Source: Phycisphaerae bacterium | GTDB lineage: Bacteria; Planctomycetota; Phycisphaerae; UBA1845; Fen-1342 | Length of the DNA: 64,000 nt | NCBI GenBank assembly: GCA_963675745.2 | Contig: CAXXWX010000001.1 | Location: 1-64,000, forward strand | Direction: 5' to 3' | Part shown: in pieces, positions 10,166 to 20,147 of the stretch | Layout: the number at the start of each line of letters is the position of its first letter | How positions within the stretch are numbered: position 1 is the first letter of the stretch | Translations under genes and position numbers: made by a program | Notes under the pieces: generated by a model | Told to the model about the DNA's origin: nothing | Database searches by the model: none | The model's input: only the letters and a program-made list of their open reading frames with translations

Positions 10166-11257
10166 TCACCGCTCCGCCAGCAGTGCCGCGATGCGTTCCG
10201 CCGCCTTGCCGTCCCACTTCTCCGGGACCGGCGGATGATCCAGCGGCGTCGCTCGGCAGCGCTCATAGGCCGACACGATCCGGCCGGTGTCGGTGCCAAC
10301 CAGTGTATTGGTCCCCGCGGTGATCGTGATCGGCCGTTCGGTGTTCTCGCGAATAGTAAGGCAGTACACGCCCAGGATGGTCGCCTCTTCCTGAATGCCG
10401 CCCGAATCGGTGAGCACGACGGCGGCGCTGGCCGTCAGCTTGAGAAAGTCCAGGTAGCCCAGAGGTTCGACAATTCGCAAACCCGCCATCTGTGCGAAAC
10501 GCTCGGCCAGCCCCAGCTTCTTCAGATTCGCGACGGTGCGCGGGTGCATCGGGAAGACGATCGGCAGATCGGCCTGGATCTTCTCGAACGCGTCGGCGAT
10601 GCGGCCGAACGTCGCGGCGTCATCAACGTTGCTGGGCCGGTGCAAGGTCACGACATTGAAACGCCCCGGTTCGAGTTTGAGGCGCTCCAGCACGGAGGAC
10701 TTCTCCGCCTTGGCACGGTTGTGCCGCAGCGTGTCGATCATAACGTTGCCAACAAAGTGCATCTTGTCGGCGGCCACGCCTTCGTTCGTCAGGTTCTCCA
10801 AGCCGCTGGGCTCGGAAACCAGCAACAGATCCGATATCGCATCGGTAAGCAGACGGTTGACCTCTTCCGGCATGCCGCGGTCGAAACTGCGTAAGCCGGC
10901 CTCGACGTGGGCAAGCTTGATGCCGAGTTTCACGGCCACCAGTCCGCACGCGATGGTGCTGTTCACATCCCCGACAACCACAACCCAATCCGGCCGGTGC
11001 TCCAGCACGACCGGCTCGAAGCGACGCATGATCTCGGCGGTCTGCACGGCGTGTGACGCCGACCCCACACCGAGATTCAGATCCGGCTCGGGAATATCCA
11101 ACTGGCGGAAGAACAGGTCCGACATGTTCTGGTCGTAGTGCTGACCGGTGTGGACCAGGATGGGCTCAATGTTGGCATGCGCCTTGTAGGCCCGCATCAG
11201 CGGGGCGATCTTCATAAAGTTCGGCCGCGCCCCACAGATGTTGATGATCTTCGGCAT
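10166..11257 (-). CDS. wecB: UDP-N-acetylglucosamine 2-epimerase (non-hydrolysing)
   Basis: GARPNFMK, HTGQHYD, GDVNST, HVEAGLRS, MPEEVNR, TDSGGIQEE. Confidence 0.96.
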   Translation of the reverse strand: MPKIINICGARPNFMKIAPLMRAYKAHANIEPILVHTGQHYDQNMSDLFFRQLDIPEPDLNLGVGSASHAVQTAEIMRRFEPVVLEHRPDWVVVVGDVNSTIACGLVAVKLGIKLAHVEAGLRSFDRGMPEEVNRLLTDAISDLLLVSEPSGLENLTNEGVAADKMHFVGNVMIDTLRHNRAKAEKSSVLERLKLEPGRFNVVTLHRPSNVDDAATFGRIADAFEKIQADLPIVFPMHPRTVANLKKLGLAERFAQMAGLRIVEPLGYLDFLKLTASAAVVLTDSGGIQEEATILGVYCLTIRENTERPITITAGTNTLVGTDTGRIVSAYERCRATPLDHPPVPEKWDGKAAERIAALLAER

Positions 11258-11838
11258 TGGATAGACCTGCCCTTTCTTGATTGTGCCACGCGCTGGCCAC
11301 TCAGGCTGGACCCGAAGTGAGGCGCGCAGATCGCACGCGCGCGGCTTACAATGCGGCCGCACGCGTAACTATTTACCGGACATACACTTAATGACTTTAC
11401 GGCCACATATGCCCAGGAGCCACCTGACACCAGAATATATCGGCCGTACCATTGGCTCACAATAGGCCTACGCAGGCGGCACGGGAAACCGCTGTGCGCG
11501 CTCACGGCCATTGATGCTCCGTGAAGCGCAACATCCGCGCTGGCCCGAATCCCCTGGGTCTTGCGGCAGATACACGGCACACCAGTAATATCACTATGGG
11601 GGTAAACCCGGGGGCAACAGACGCCGATATACTCACCAGACCAAGGCGACGCTCTCTGGAGGGGAAGGAAGCGCGTTAGCGCCGCCGAGTGAGATATGAG
11701 GCGTCGGAGGCCTTCCGCGGGGCCCACCCACACCCCGCGGCGCCTCAAATCTCCATGGTCATTTCAACCATCCTCGCATATCTTTATGGGCAACGACAGT
11801 GCCACAGGTGTGGTGCCGCAGACTCATCGGCGGGCAAC

Positions 11839-12465
11839 ATGCTCTCACATCGGGCTATCGAACGACTGATCATCTATCGACGTCTGCTGAGACTGTGGGG
11901 CGCCGACGGGCGCGAGCGCATTTACTCGCATGAGCTGGCGAATCTCGCCGGCGCAACGCCGGCCCAGGTACGCCGCGACATCATGGCCGTCGACTACGTG
12001 GGCAGTCCGGCCAAAGGCTACAGCGTGGCAGAGCTCGAGCGGACGATTGGCGCGCTCTTTGATGAGCCCAATCGGCAGGTAACCGGCCTCGTCGGCGTTG
12101 GACACCTCGGACAGGCATTGTTGACATATTTCAGCCGAGCCGACAGTCCAATCTCGATCACGGCCGCGTTCGACACTGATCCGGACAAGATTGATCGTGT
12201 CACTCACGGGTGCCGGTGTTTCTCAATATCGGCGCTCGAACGTGTGATCGCTGATCTGGGGATCAGCGCGGCGATTCTGACGGTCCCGGTCAGCGCCGCT
12301 CAGGATATCGCCGTCCGCCTGGCCTGCTCGGGAGTGCGCGGGATTCTGAATTTCACTCCCACGCATCTGCGCGTACCACCCGGCGTACACGTCGAGAATG
12401 TGGACATCACGATCCTGCTGGAAAAGGTGACTTTTCTGGCCGGGATCGATCGCGCCACCGACTGA
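11839..12465 (+). CDS. rex: Redox-sensing transcriptional repressor Rex
   Basis: Winged-helix N-terminus (IYSHELA...AQVRRD...GY), GVGHLG Rossmann fold, AFD, ILTVP, GILNFTP. Confidence 0.9.
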   Translation: MLSHRAIERLIIYRRLLRLWGADGRERIYSHELANLAGATPAQVRRDIMAVDYVGSPAKGYSVAELERTIGALFDEPNRQVTGLVGVGHLGQALLTYFSRADSPISITAAFDTDPDKIDRVTHGCRCFSISALERVIADLGISAAILTVPVSAAQDIAVRLACSGVRGILNFTPTHLRVPPGVHVENVDITILLEKVTFLAGIDRATD

Positions 12466-12551
12466 TACCAACCGTCGAATCGCTCGCACTCAGACTTGAC
12501 ACAACCGGCTGTTCAGACTGGCGCGGGTTATCCCACGCCGGCGCGCGCTGT

Positions 12552-13184
12552 TCAGCGCTCGATGCCTTCGTGGTACTCAAAGTGATACACGCCGGCCTCG
12601 TCCCGCTCAAGCTGAGCCTGGCCGTCGGCGCTGGTGAGGGCCAGCAGATCCTCCGCGTCGGGGCACACATCCGCCAAACTGGTATCGGGAGAGGATTCGA
12701 TCAGGCGCGCAATTCCGGCGGCGACCAGCGTGTGGGCTCTGACAACGTGGGGGTCGACCTGCCGCTCGGTCAGGGCCAGCAGATTCAGACGCAGTACATC
12801 GACCGGCCCCGCCTGGCCAAGACCCACACGCCCGGGGGCGAACTCCCCGTGAAGGTGGTAGCCGGTCTTGGGTTGTCGCCAGACCAGCCGTTTGATCTGC
12901 GTGGCGTGCCATTTGCCGTCCACACGCCGGTCCGCGCCCAGATTCACCACAACCGCGTCGCTGCGCCCCGAGTCCTTGGCCTCGAAGTAGCATAGGCCCA
13001 GTTCTGTCTGGCGCGAGAGGCCCCGTGGCAGAACGTTGTCGTAGTCGCGCGGATTCTGGCCAATCTCGATGGCGCGGTAGCTCCAGTCAGCACAGCCGGT
13101 GGACGTCGCCACCAGGAACAGGCTGGCTAGAAGGGACGCCGGGCCCCACCCGCGGGTGTGTGCAATTAAACGCAATGGCATCAT
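12552..13184 (-). CDS. Hypothetical lipoprotein
   Basis: Hydrophobic stretch ending STGC (lipobox); fills the gap between rex and the TPR gene. Confidence 0.6.
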   Translation of the reverse strand: MMPLRLIAHTRGWGPASLLASLFLVATSTGCADWSYRAIEIGQNPRDYDNVLPRGLSRQTELGLCYFEAKDSGRSDAVVVNLGADRRVDGKWHATQIKRLVWRQPKTGYHLHGEFAPGRVGLGQAGPVDVLRLNLLALTERQVDPHVVRAHTLVAAGIARLIESSPDTSLADVCPDAEDLLALTSADGQAQLERDEAGVYHFEYHEGIER

Positions 13185-13360
13185 CGAATATGGTCTCCGA
13201 TCCACGAGTCAGGTTGCCAGTTGCCGATCGGTCGGCGCCGCCCGGGAGATGGATGCAGTGTTTCCACTGGACCCGCCGACGGCAAGATACCTTATACTCT
13301 ACGCACCGGAGCGCGGCATCCAGTGGCATGGTGCAACAAACTCCGGATTTAAGGAAACCA

Positions 13361-14659
13361 ATGGACCCGGACAGCATTGCCAGAATCCTCGATCGCGCCA
13401 ACGACTTGCTCGAAGCCGGTAAGCCTGCCGAGACGTTGCGGTGCCTGGCCCAGATCGAACGCGCTGCTCTTGATGACGACAACCGCATCGAGGCCGGCGT
13501 GTTGCGCGCCTGGGCCCTGTCTGAACTCGGTAATCACGATGCCGCCCTCGCCGTACTCGAACCGCTGATGGCTGATATTCCCGACTCAGGGCGGTTACAC
13601 GCGGCGCGCGGCGTGGTGCTTTCCAACGCCGATGAACTCGACGAAGCCCAGGACGAGCTCGAAGAAGCCTACGAACTGAACGAGAACGACGAGGCGACGC
13701 TTGCGAATCTGGCGCTGGTCTACGAGAAGCGTCGCGACTTCGAAAGCGCCAACATGCTCTACGAGCGCGCCCTGACGCTGGGCGCGGACATTGACTGGCT
13801 ATTGCAGCGCAAGGCCGCCGTGCAGACCGAACTCGGTGAATACGCCGAGGCCAAAGCGACGCTACGCCGTTATCTGTCGCTCGCGCCGGAGGACGGCGCC
13901 CAGTGGGTGGCGCTCGGCATTCTGCACAGCGATGATGAGGAATACGACAAGGCCTTTGAGTGCTACGCCGTCGCCGAGAAGACCGACGTCGACTGGGGAT
14001 GGCTGCACCTGAACTGGGGGGTGACCGCGGTGCGCGCGGGCAAGCTCGATCTGGCCGCGCAGCAGCTCGAGCTGCTCGGAAAGCGTTCGGAGGACGCGGC
14101 CCGGCTGCGCTTGCTGGAAGCCTTTGTCTTCGAGGAGCGCGGAGAGGAAGAACAGGCCGCGGCCGCACACCATGCGGCGGTTGATGCTCTCAGTGACAGC
14201 GATGACACGAACGATTACGGATATGTCCTGGAGATGAGCATCGAGTTTTTCGCGCGGCGCGGTCGTCGCGACGAGTGTACGGCTCTGCTCCGCCGTGCCT
14301 ACCTGGCCAACGCCTGTACGGTCGAGCTGTGTGAAGCCTATCGCGAGGCACTGGGGCGTCGCTGCGACGAAGCCAGCTGGTTCGGCATGATCGCCGAGGC
14401 CGACTATCGCCCCGGGCTGATCGAGGTTCGCGACAGCCGCTTGGGCAGCGAGGGTGAGCCGACGCGTTTCATTCGGAGCTACCAGGTGGTCGGCCGCGAC
14501 AGGGATGAAGCCACCGCGCTGCTGCTGGATTTCATGCGGGCCATGGGTGAGGGTGATCCGCGCGTGCGCGAGTTCACAAACGATGAACCCATGGAGGACA
14601 TTCACACGGGGATTTACGAAGTTGAGCGACGTTGCCTGGTGTTCAACGACGCTGAGTAG
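13361..14659 (+). CDS. Tetratricopeptide repeat protein with an unknown C-terminal domain
   Basis: AAGGA RBS before ATG 13361; repeated TPR-like helices (LANLALVYE, WVALGILH, HLNWGVTA). Confidence 0.8.
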   Translation: MDPDSIARILDRANDLLEAGKPAETLRCLAQIERAALDDDNRIEAGVLRAWALSELGNHDAALAVLEPLMADIPDSGRLHAARGVVLSNADELDEAQDELEEAYELNENDEATLANLALVYEKRRDFESANMLYERALTLGADIDWLLQRKAAVQTELGEYAEAKATLRRYLSLAPEDGAQWVALGILHSDDEEYDKAFECYAVAEKTDVDWGWLHLNWGVTAVRAGKLDLAAQQLELLGKRSEDAARLRLLEAFVFEERGEEEQAAAAHHAAVDALSDSDDTNDYGYVLEMSIEFFARRGRRDECTALLRRAYLANACTVELCEAYREALGRRCDEASWFGMIAEADYRPGLIEVRDSRLGSEGEPTRFIRSYQVVGRDRDEATALLLDFMRAMGEGDPRVREFTNDEPMEDIHTGIYEVERRCLVFNDAE

Positions 14660-14710
14660 ACCAAGCGCGGCAGTGCGTCGCACACTTTCCCCGGCAACCA
14701 GCGCAGCCGA

Positions 14711-16320
14711 TCAAAGAAAACTCACCAGCAACTGGGCGGCGATCGTCATCGCCACCAGCGCGAGCGGATAAACGGCGGCATACGATAACGCCGGCGTGTC
14801 TGTGTCGAATTGGGCGCCCGCCGCACCGAGACCGGGTGTACTGGTCATCGCCCCACATGTCAAACCGAGGGAGCTGGGAAGCGACTGCCGCAGGAACACG
14901 TACGAAGAGATGAACCCGACGGCCAGCGCGACCAGTACGCACGCGATCGACAACACCAGCAGAGCGGCACCCTCGGCCTTGATGGTCGCCATCAAATCCG
15001 TGCCCGCCGATGCGCCCGCGCTGGCCAGAAACAGAACCAGCCCCAACTCGCGCATCAGGTGTCGCGCGCCGAGCGGCACGTGAACGCGCAGCTTACCGAT
15101 CCGGCCAAAGTGCCCCAACAACAGCCCGACGAACAGCGGACCACCGGCCAGGCCGAGCTTGATCTCCCCGACACCGGGCACCGGCAGCGGCGTAAAGCCG
15201 AGAATCAGTCCCAACGCAAGGCCCACGGCGAAGGCCGGGATTCCCGTTTCGTGAATGCGCGATTCATGCATGCCGGCGGAGGTCTGGAATGCGGCCACGT
15301 CCGGTTCGTACCCGACCACGCGCACTTGATCGCCGATCTCGAGCATGAATTCACCGCGCGGCACGAACTCCACTTCCTCCCGGCGAACACGCGTGATTAC
15401 AACGCCAAACTTGCTGCGTACGTGCAGCTCGCGGAGCGTCTTGCCGGCGAAATGGGCTTCGCTGATGTAAATGTCGCGGGCCACTACGTTGGGCACGTCG
15501 CGCATCTCCACCTCGACCGGCACGGGCGGCCCGATGACCAGGGCCAGCCGGTCGAGGTCCGATCCGGCGCCGACCGCCATCACGACGTCGCCGACCTGCA
15601 ATCGCAGATCAGTCGTCAAGGCCAGCACGTCCGTCCCGCGCAGCACGCGCGAGATGTTGACGGAGGCGATGTCGTGCAACCGCAGCTCGTTCATCCGCTT
15701 GCCGACACACGCCGGATTCTGCACCTGGTAGCAGCGCTGAAGCAACGGCGCCGCCGCGGGCAGGTCGGGCTGACGGTCGTTCAGCCGCGCGCGCCCCGCC
15801 AACCAGCGTGGCATCAACTGCGCAAACACGACCACACCGACGACGCCGAACGGATACGCCACGCCATACGCCACTGATACCAGCGGGTTGTCAGACACCT
15901 CGGTGGCAGCGGCCAGGGCCGGCGTGCTGGTCAATGCCCCGGAAAACGCCCCGACGATCATCGGTGTCGACAACCCCAGCGCGCGCCCCAGCAACACGGC
16001 CACCGCCACCCGCTGACAACCGTCACCGCGGCGACAACGAGCGGCGTGGTTCCTTTCTGACGCACAACGCGCACAAAACGCGGGCCCGCTTGCAGGCCGA
16101 TCGCGTAGACAAACAGCACGACACCGAAATCGCCGAGCACCTTGAGTTCGCCGATCGCCTCTGACGCGATCCATCCGAGCTGCCCAAAGGTCAACGCCGC
16201 AAACAACACCGCTGACGACCCAAGCGAGATGCGCGCGATGCGCACCCGGCCGAGCAACGTGCCGGCGACGATGATCAGGAACATGAGCGCGACGGGATTT
16301 GCCAGCAGGGTTTTCAGCAT
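14711..16320 (-). pseudogene. AspT/YidE/YbjL family transporter with two TrkA-C domains, split by a 1-nt deletion (real or sequencing error)
   Basis: ORF 15958..16320 (LFVYAIGLQAGPRF) joins ORF 14711..16174 (GALTSTPAL, AYPFGV, GGPLFVGL, GAMTSTPGL) if one base is added at the C3 run near 16009-16011. Confidence 0.85.
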
Positions 16321-16477
16321 GGGCTGGAGCTATGCCTGTAGCGTCCGACCCCGAGTCGGACGTGTTTAATCAGCGTGAATTCTCTCGAGGTTGCGGCCGA
16401 CTCGGGCGTCGGCAAGGCAAACACGCACGTGTCTGGCAACCTCGCTGCCAACTCAGCTACGGATTCGCCCCTATCTC

Positions 16478-18274
16478 TCAATCCTGGACCGGTTTGGCGA
16501 GACGGATGCCCAACTCGTCCAGTTGCCCCTGGGCAACCGTACCCGGCGCCCGTGTCAGCGGACACACGGCGCGCTGGGTCTTCGGGAAACTGAACGTGTC
16601 ACGCAGGCTGTCGAGGCCCAGCATCAGCATTACCATTCGATCGAGCCCCAGCGCGATCCCGCCGTGGGGCGGTGGGCCGAATCTGAGCGCTTCGAGCAGG
16701 AACCCGAACTTGCCCTTGGCCTCTTCCGCACCGATGTCGAGCAGGCGAAAGACCTTGTCCTGCACGTCGCCGCGGTGGATTCGGATGCTCCCGCCGCCCA
16801 ATTCAACGCCGTTCAGCACGATGTCGTAGGCCTTCGCGCGGCACCTGGCCGGGTCGCTGTCGAGCAACGCCACGTCTTCATCCCGCGGGGCCGTGAAGGG
16901 ATGGTGGACGGCGTAATAGCGGCCGTCCTCTTCATGGTACTCAAACATGGGGAAATCAAGCACCCACAGGAAATTCCACATGCCGTCCGGTATCAGCCCG
17001 CGCCGCTCGGCCAGGGCCTCGCGCAGCCAGGCGAGATACTTGCACACGTTCGCCTCGGTGTCGGCGGCGAAAAAGAGCATGTCGCCGGGCTCGGCGCCGG
17101 TCACCGCCGCCATTTCGGCGGTCGTCTGTTCGTCGAAGAACTTCGCGATGCCGGTCTCGAACGCGAGCTTGTCGCCCGCGCCGGCGACTTTCACATACGG
17201 CAGACCACCGGCACCGATCCCCTTCAGATCGTCGACCAGGGCATCGAGCTGGCGCCGGGCATAGTCAGCCCCACCGGGCAAACGCAGCGCCCGCACACAA
17301 CCGCCGGCATCGAGCGGATCAGAAAACACCTTGAACCCCATCTTCGCCGCCACCGCGCTGACGTCTTTCAGACGCAGATCATAGCGCGTGTCCGGGCGGT
17401 CGATGCCATATTCCGTCATGGCCTGCGTGTAGGTCATGCGCGGGAACGGGCGCGGGATGTCAACGCCGTGAGTCTCTTTGAGCACGGCGACCATGGCCCC
17501 CTCGATGATGTCAATGATGTTCTCCGGCTGGACAAACGACATTTCCAGGTCGAGCTGTGTGAATTCGGGCTGGCGGTCCGCGCGCAGGTCTTCATCGCGG
17601 AAGCAACGCACGATCTGCATGTACCGGTCGAACCCGCTGATCATGAGTAGCTGCTTGAAGAGCTGCGGCGACTGGGGCAGGGCATAAAAGTGGCCCGGCT
17701 GCACGCGCGACGGAACCAGGAAGTCACGCGCCCCTTCCGGCGTGCTGCGCGTCAGAAACGGCGTCTCGATCTCGTAAAAGCCGTGCAGGTCGAAGTAGTC
17801 GCGCAGCACCTTCGTGATGCGGTGGCGCATGGTCAGCGACTTCTGGAGCTTCGGCCGGCGCAGGTCGAGGAAGCGGTACGCCAGGCGCGTCTCCTCATTC
17901 GTCTCGATGCTGTCATCGATCTCGAAGACCGGCGTCGGCGATTCGCTGAGGATCTCGATTTCACGGCCATTCACTTCGATCTGCCCCGTGGCCATCTTGG
18001 GGTTGGCCATGTTGGCCGGCCGCTGTGCGACATCGCCGCGAACCGCGATGCAGAACTCGCTGCGAAGCTTGCCGGCGACGCCGTGGGCCTGCGGGTCGGT
18101 CTCGGGGTTGAATTTGACCTGCACGATCCCAGCGCGGTCGCGCAGATCGATGAAGACCATGCCGCCGTGATCGCGGCGCGTATTGACCCAGCCGGTCAGT
18201 AGCACGGTCTGGCCGGTATGCTTGGCGGTCAGTTCGCCACAATAGCACGTTCGCTCGTGATACGGCAAAGGCAC
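16478..18274 (-). CDS. aspS: Aspartate--tRNA ligase
   Basis: RTCYCG, RDHGG, TPEGARDF, LPQSPQLFKQ, FRDEDLRADRQPEF, HHPFT, PPHGG; GTG start with AAGGAG RBS. Confidence 0.97.
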   Translation of the reverse strand: MPLPYHERTCYCGELTAKHTGQTVLLTGWVNTRRDHGGMVFIDLRDRAGIVQVKFNPETDPQAHGVAGKLRSEFCIAVRGDVAQRPANMANPKMATGQIEVNGREIEILSESPTPVFEIDDSIETNEETRLAYRFLDLRRPKLQKSLTMRHRITKVLRDYFDLHGFYEIETPFLTRSTPEGARDFLVPSRVQPGHFYALPQSPQLFKQLLMISGFDRYMQIVRCFRDEDLRADRQPEFTQLDLEMSFVQPENIIDIIEGAMVAVLKETHGVDIPRPFPRMTYTQAMTEYGIDRPDTRYDLRLKDVSAVAAKMGFKVFSDPLDAGGCVRALRLPGGADYARRQLDALVDDLKGIGAGGLPYVKVAGAGDKLAFETGIAKFFDEQTTAEMAAVTGAEPGDMLFFAADTEANVCKYLAWLREALAERRGLIPDGMWNFLWVLDFPMFEYHEEDGRYYAVHHPFTAPRDEDVALLDSDPARCRAKAYDIVLNGVELGGGSIRIHRGDVQDKVFRLLDIGAEEAKGKFGFLLEALRFGPPPHGGIALGLDRMVMLMLGLDSLRDTFSFPKTQRAVCPLTRAPGTVAQGQLDELGIRLAKPVQD

Positions 18275-18353
18275 GGCAGCTCTCCTTGCGCTTGCGGATG
18301 CCACAAATCGAATCGGCCATGATATCACGCCGGCCATGGAATGCACGCGCGCC

Positions 18354-18401
18354 GCGCGGAACGCGCGGAAGCGGACAGCGCGGAACGCGGGCAGCGCGGA
18401 A
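18354..18401. repeat. Four spaced copies of GCGCGGAA upstream of aspS
   Basis: Copies at 18354, 18363, 18378 and 18394. Confidence 0.6.
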
Positions 18402-18448
18402 GCGGTCCGTCCGGGCCCGCGACACAACCGGCGGATGGTAGCCATGCC

Positions 18449-18630
18449 GTCCCGCAGGGACGCAGTGAACATAGCCCAGCACGCAGTGCTGGGGCAATTG
18501 CAGCCACGCAAGGACTGAGTCCGACCGGGACGGCTGAGCTTTCAGCCGTCCCGTGCGGGACTCGGCGACCAGGCACGCGACGCAAACCCAGCACTGCGTG
18601 CTGGGCTATATTCAGATGCCCCTGCGGGGC
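18449..18630. repeat. Nested palindromic REP/REPIN-like element A
   Basis: 18467-18493 is the reverse complement of 18587-18613 (1 mismatch); inner arms 18517-18537 and 18542-18563; outer CCCGCAGGG-type palindromes. Confidence 0.8.
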
Positions 18631-18759
18631 CCATGACTCGGAAACCACGGACGCGGAATCCCCGCCGCAAGTCACGGACCACGCGGAACGCGAGACGGCC
18701 GTTGGCGCGTGGCGCCTCAGCGGGGGCATGTGTCGGGGAGCCGCCGCATTGAGCCTGCC

Positions 18760-18989
18760 GGTCGGCTTCAGCCGACCAAGCCTTGCCACCAACTTCAGTT
18801 GGTGGAGCCCGGTCTCCAGGCCCTCTCCCCGCAGACAGCCGGCGTCGGCCGGGCTTCCCACGGTGGCGCCGACTTATGGCTTGTCTACATGCCATTCGGC
18901 TGAAGCCCGGCTTTGCTCGGAAAAGCTGGATGCTGACCACAAACCACCAGTTGAAACTGGTGGCAGTGACCGGTCGGCTGAAGCCGACC
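18760..18989. repeat. Nested palindromic REP/REPIN-like element B (TTCA/TGAA-loop hairpins)
   Basis: GGTCGGCTTCAGCCGACC (18760-18777) is the exact reverse complement of 18972-18989; second hairpin pair at 18784-18805 and 18944-18965. Confidence 0.85.
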
Positions 18990-19125
18990 AGGAGCGGTTT
19001 GACGCACCGCACAGCCTGGGGGCCACCGGCGGCATGCCCAACTGTGCCGTAGTGGTCGCCAACTGCCAACAGCTCCCGACAGCCAGAGTGGCCCTGCGCC
19101 AAACCGGCACGCGCTCGGCGCGTGC

Positions 19126-19154
19126 TTGACCGCCTCCAGGGCGATCGCTATATT
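19126..19154 (+). promoter_or_regulatory. Sigma70-type promoter of tRNA-Glu
   Basis: TTGACC-N17-TATATT about 30 nt upstream of the tRNA. Confidence 0.7.
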
Positions 19155-19182
19155 GCTTGGCTCGGTGGCCACACCGTACGTT

Positions 19183-19255
19183 GCCCCTATCGTCTAGTGG
19201 CCTAGGATATCAGGTTCTCATCCTGGAGACCGGGGTTCGAATCCCCGTAGGGGCG
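19183..19255 (+). tRNA. tRNA-Glu (anticodon CTC), CCA not encoded
   Basis: Acceptor GCCCCTA/TAGGGGC, D-arm with TAGTGG, anticodon arm TCAGG-TTCTCAT-CCTGG, T-arm CGGGG-TTCGAAT-CCCCG. Confidence 0.96.
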
Positions 19256-19263
19256 ATCTGAAC

Positions 19264-19308
19264 AAGACCCGCTGACCGCTTCAATCGCAAGCGGTCGCGG
19301 GTCTTTTT
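19264..19308 (+). terminator. Rho-independent terminator after tRNA-Glu
   Basis: AAGACCCGC(T)GACCGCTT...AAGCGGTCGCGGGTCTT stem running into a T tract. Confidence 0.8.
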
Positions 19309-19345
19309 GTATGGACACCAATCTGTCCGGGCCGGCAGCTACGAA

Positions 19346-20034
19346 CTGGGTGCCATGCCAACGGCCGCTGGCCAGGTGCTGGGTGCCATGCCGACGGCGG
19401 TTCGCGTCGGCATGCTCTCCGGTCGCAGCACGTTGCCCGGCCGTTGTTGCTACGGTTACGATCTTACAGGCAATGTCGGCGGAACATGCCGTGGGTGCGG
19501 AAACGTGAGGCGAACATGTCGGATACCAGCGAGCCGCGTCCGACTCTCCGTTGGGTCGTGACCTGCCTCGTGCTGGGCGTCTTGCTCACTATTGCTCAGT
19601 CGATGGTGGCATTGGGCTGCGCCGTAATCCTCTGCGTGCCCTCAGCGCTAGACGAGACCGACCGGCCGATGCTGACCGACGTTGGACCCGTCATACTGCT
19701 CAGTTGTTGCGGTTTCTACGGGGCTCCGCTATTTGGCGCCTTCTGGACGCTCTGCCTGCTATCATTCGCCGGCGAATTCCGTGACACACCTGGGTGTTGT
19801 TCGTATTGCGGATGGAAACTGCGTATTGGCACAAACAACCGCTGCCGGATCTGCGGAGCACCAGCGCCGGGGTTTTGTTGCCGCTGCGGCTACGACCTCA
19901 CAGGCAACGTCAGCGGAACTTGCCCCGAGTGCGGTGCGACGATCAAGGGTGAAGAGGAGTCGGCATGACACGCCGTTCTCGAACACGCCGGGTGCCGGGT
20001 GCCATGCCGACGGCTGTTCGCGTCGGCATGCTCT
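19346..20034 (+). repeat. 38-bp palindromic direct repeats (19381-19418 and 19997-20034; partial copy at 19346) flanking a small gene
   Basis: GGGTGCCATGCCGACGGC[G/T]GTTCGCGTCGGCATGCTCT, one mismatch between copies. Confidence 0.85.
19516..19968 (+). CDS. Small membrane protein with a C-terminal double zinc ribbon (Phycisphaerae-type CxxCGYDLTGNVSGxCPECG)
   Basis: Two hydrophobic segments, then CSYCG...CRICG and CRCGYDLTGNVSGTCPECG. Confidence 0.75.
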   Translation: MSDTSEPRPTLRWVVTCLVLGVLLTIAQSMVALGCAVILCVPSALDETDRPMLTDVGPVILLSCCGFYGAPLFGAFWTLCLLSFAGEFRDTPGCCSYCGWKLRIGTNNRCRICGAPAPGFCCRCGYDLTGNVSGTCPECGATIKGEEESA

Positions 20035-20147
20035 TTAAGCACACGCGCACTGCTAAAGCCACCCGCCTGTCGCTCGACCACGACACGCACCGGGCAGTTC
20101 GTGCCAGGCTGCGGTCAAGCTGCCCACTCCAGACGCCGCAGGGATGA

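Noticed and set aside
18325..19129. ORFs of 178-262 aa between aspS and the tRNA
   Set aside because: They run through nested palindromic repeats and show no protein-like motifs.
19183..19255. Prophage or integrative element at tRNA-Glu
   Set aside because: No integrase, phage genes or duplicated att sequence were seen in the window.
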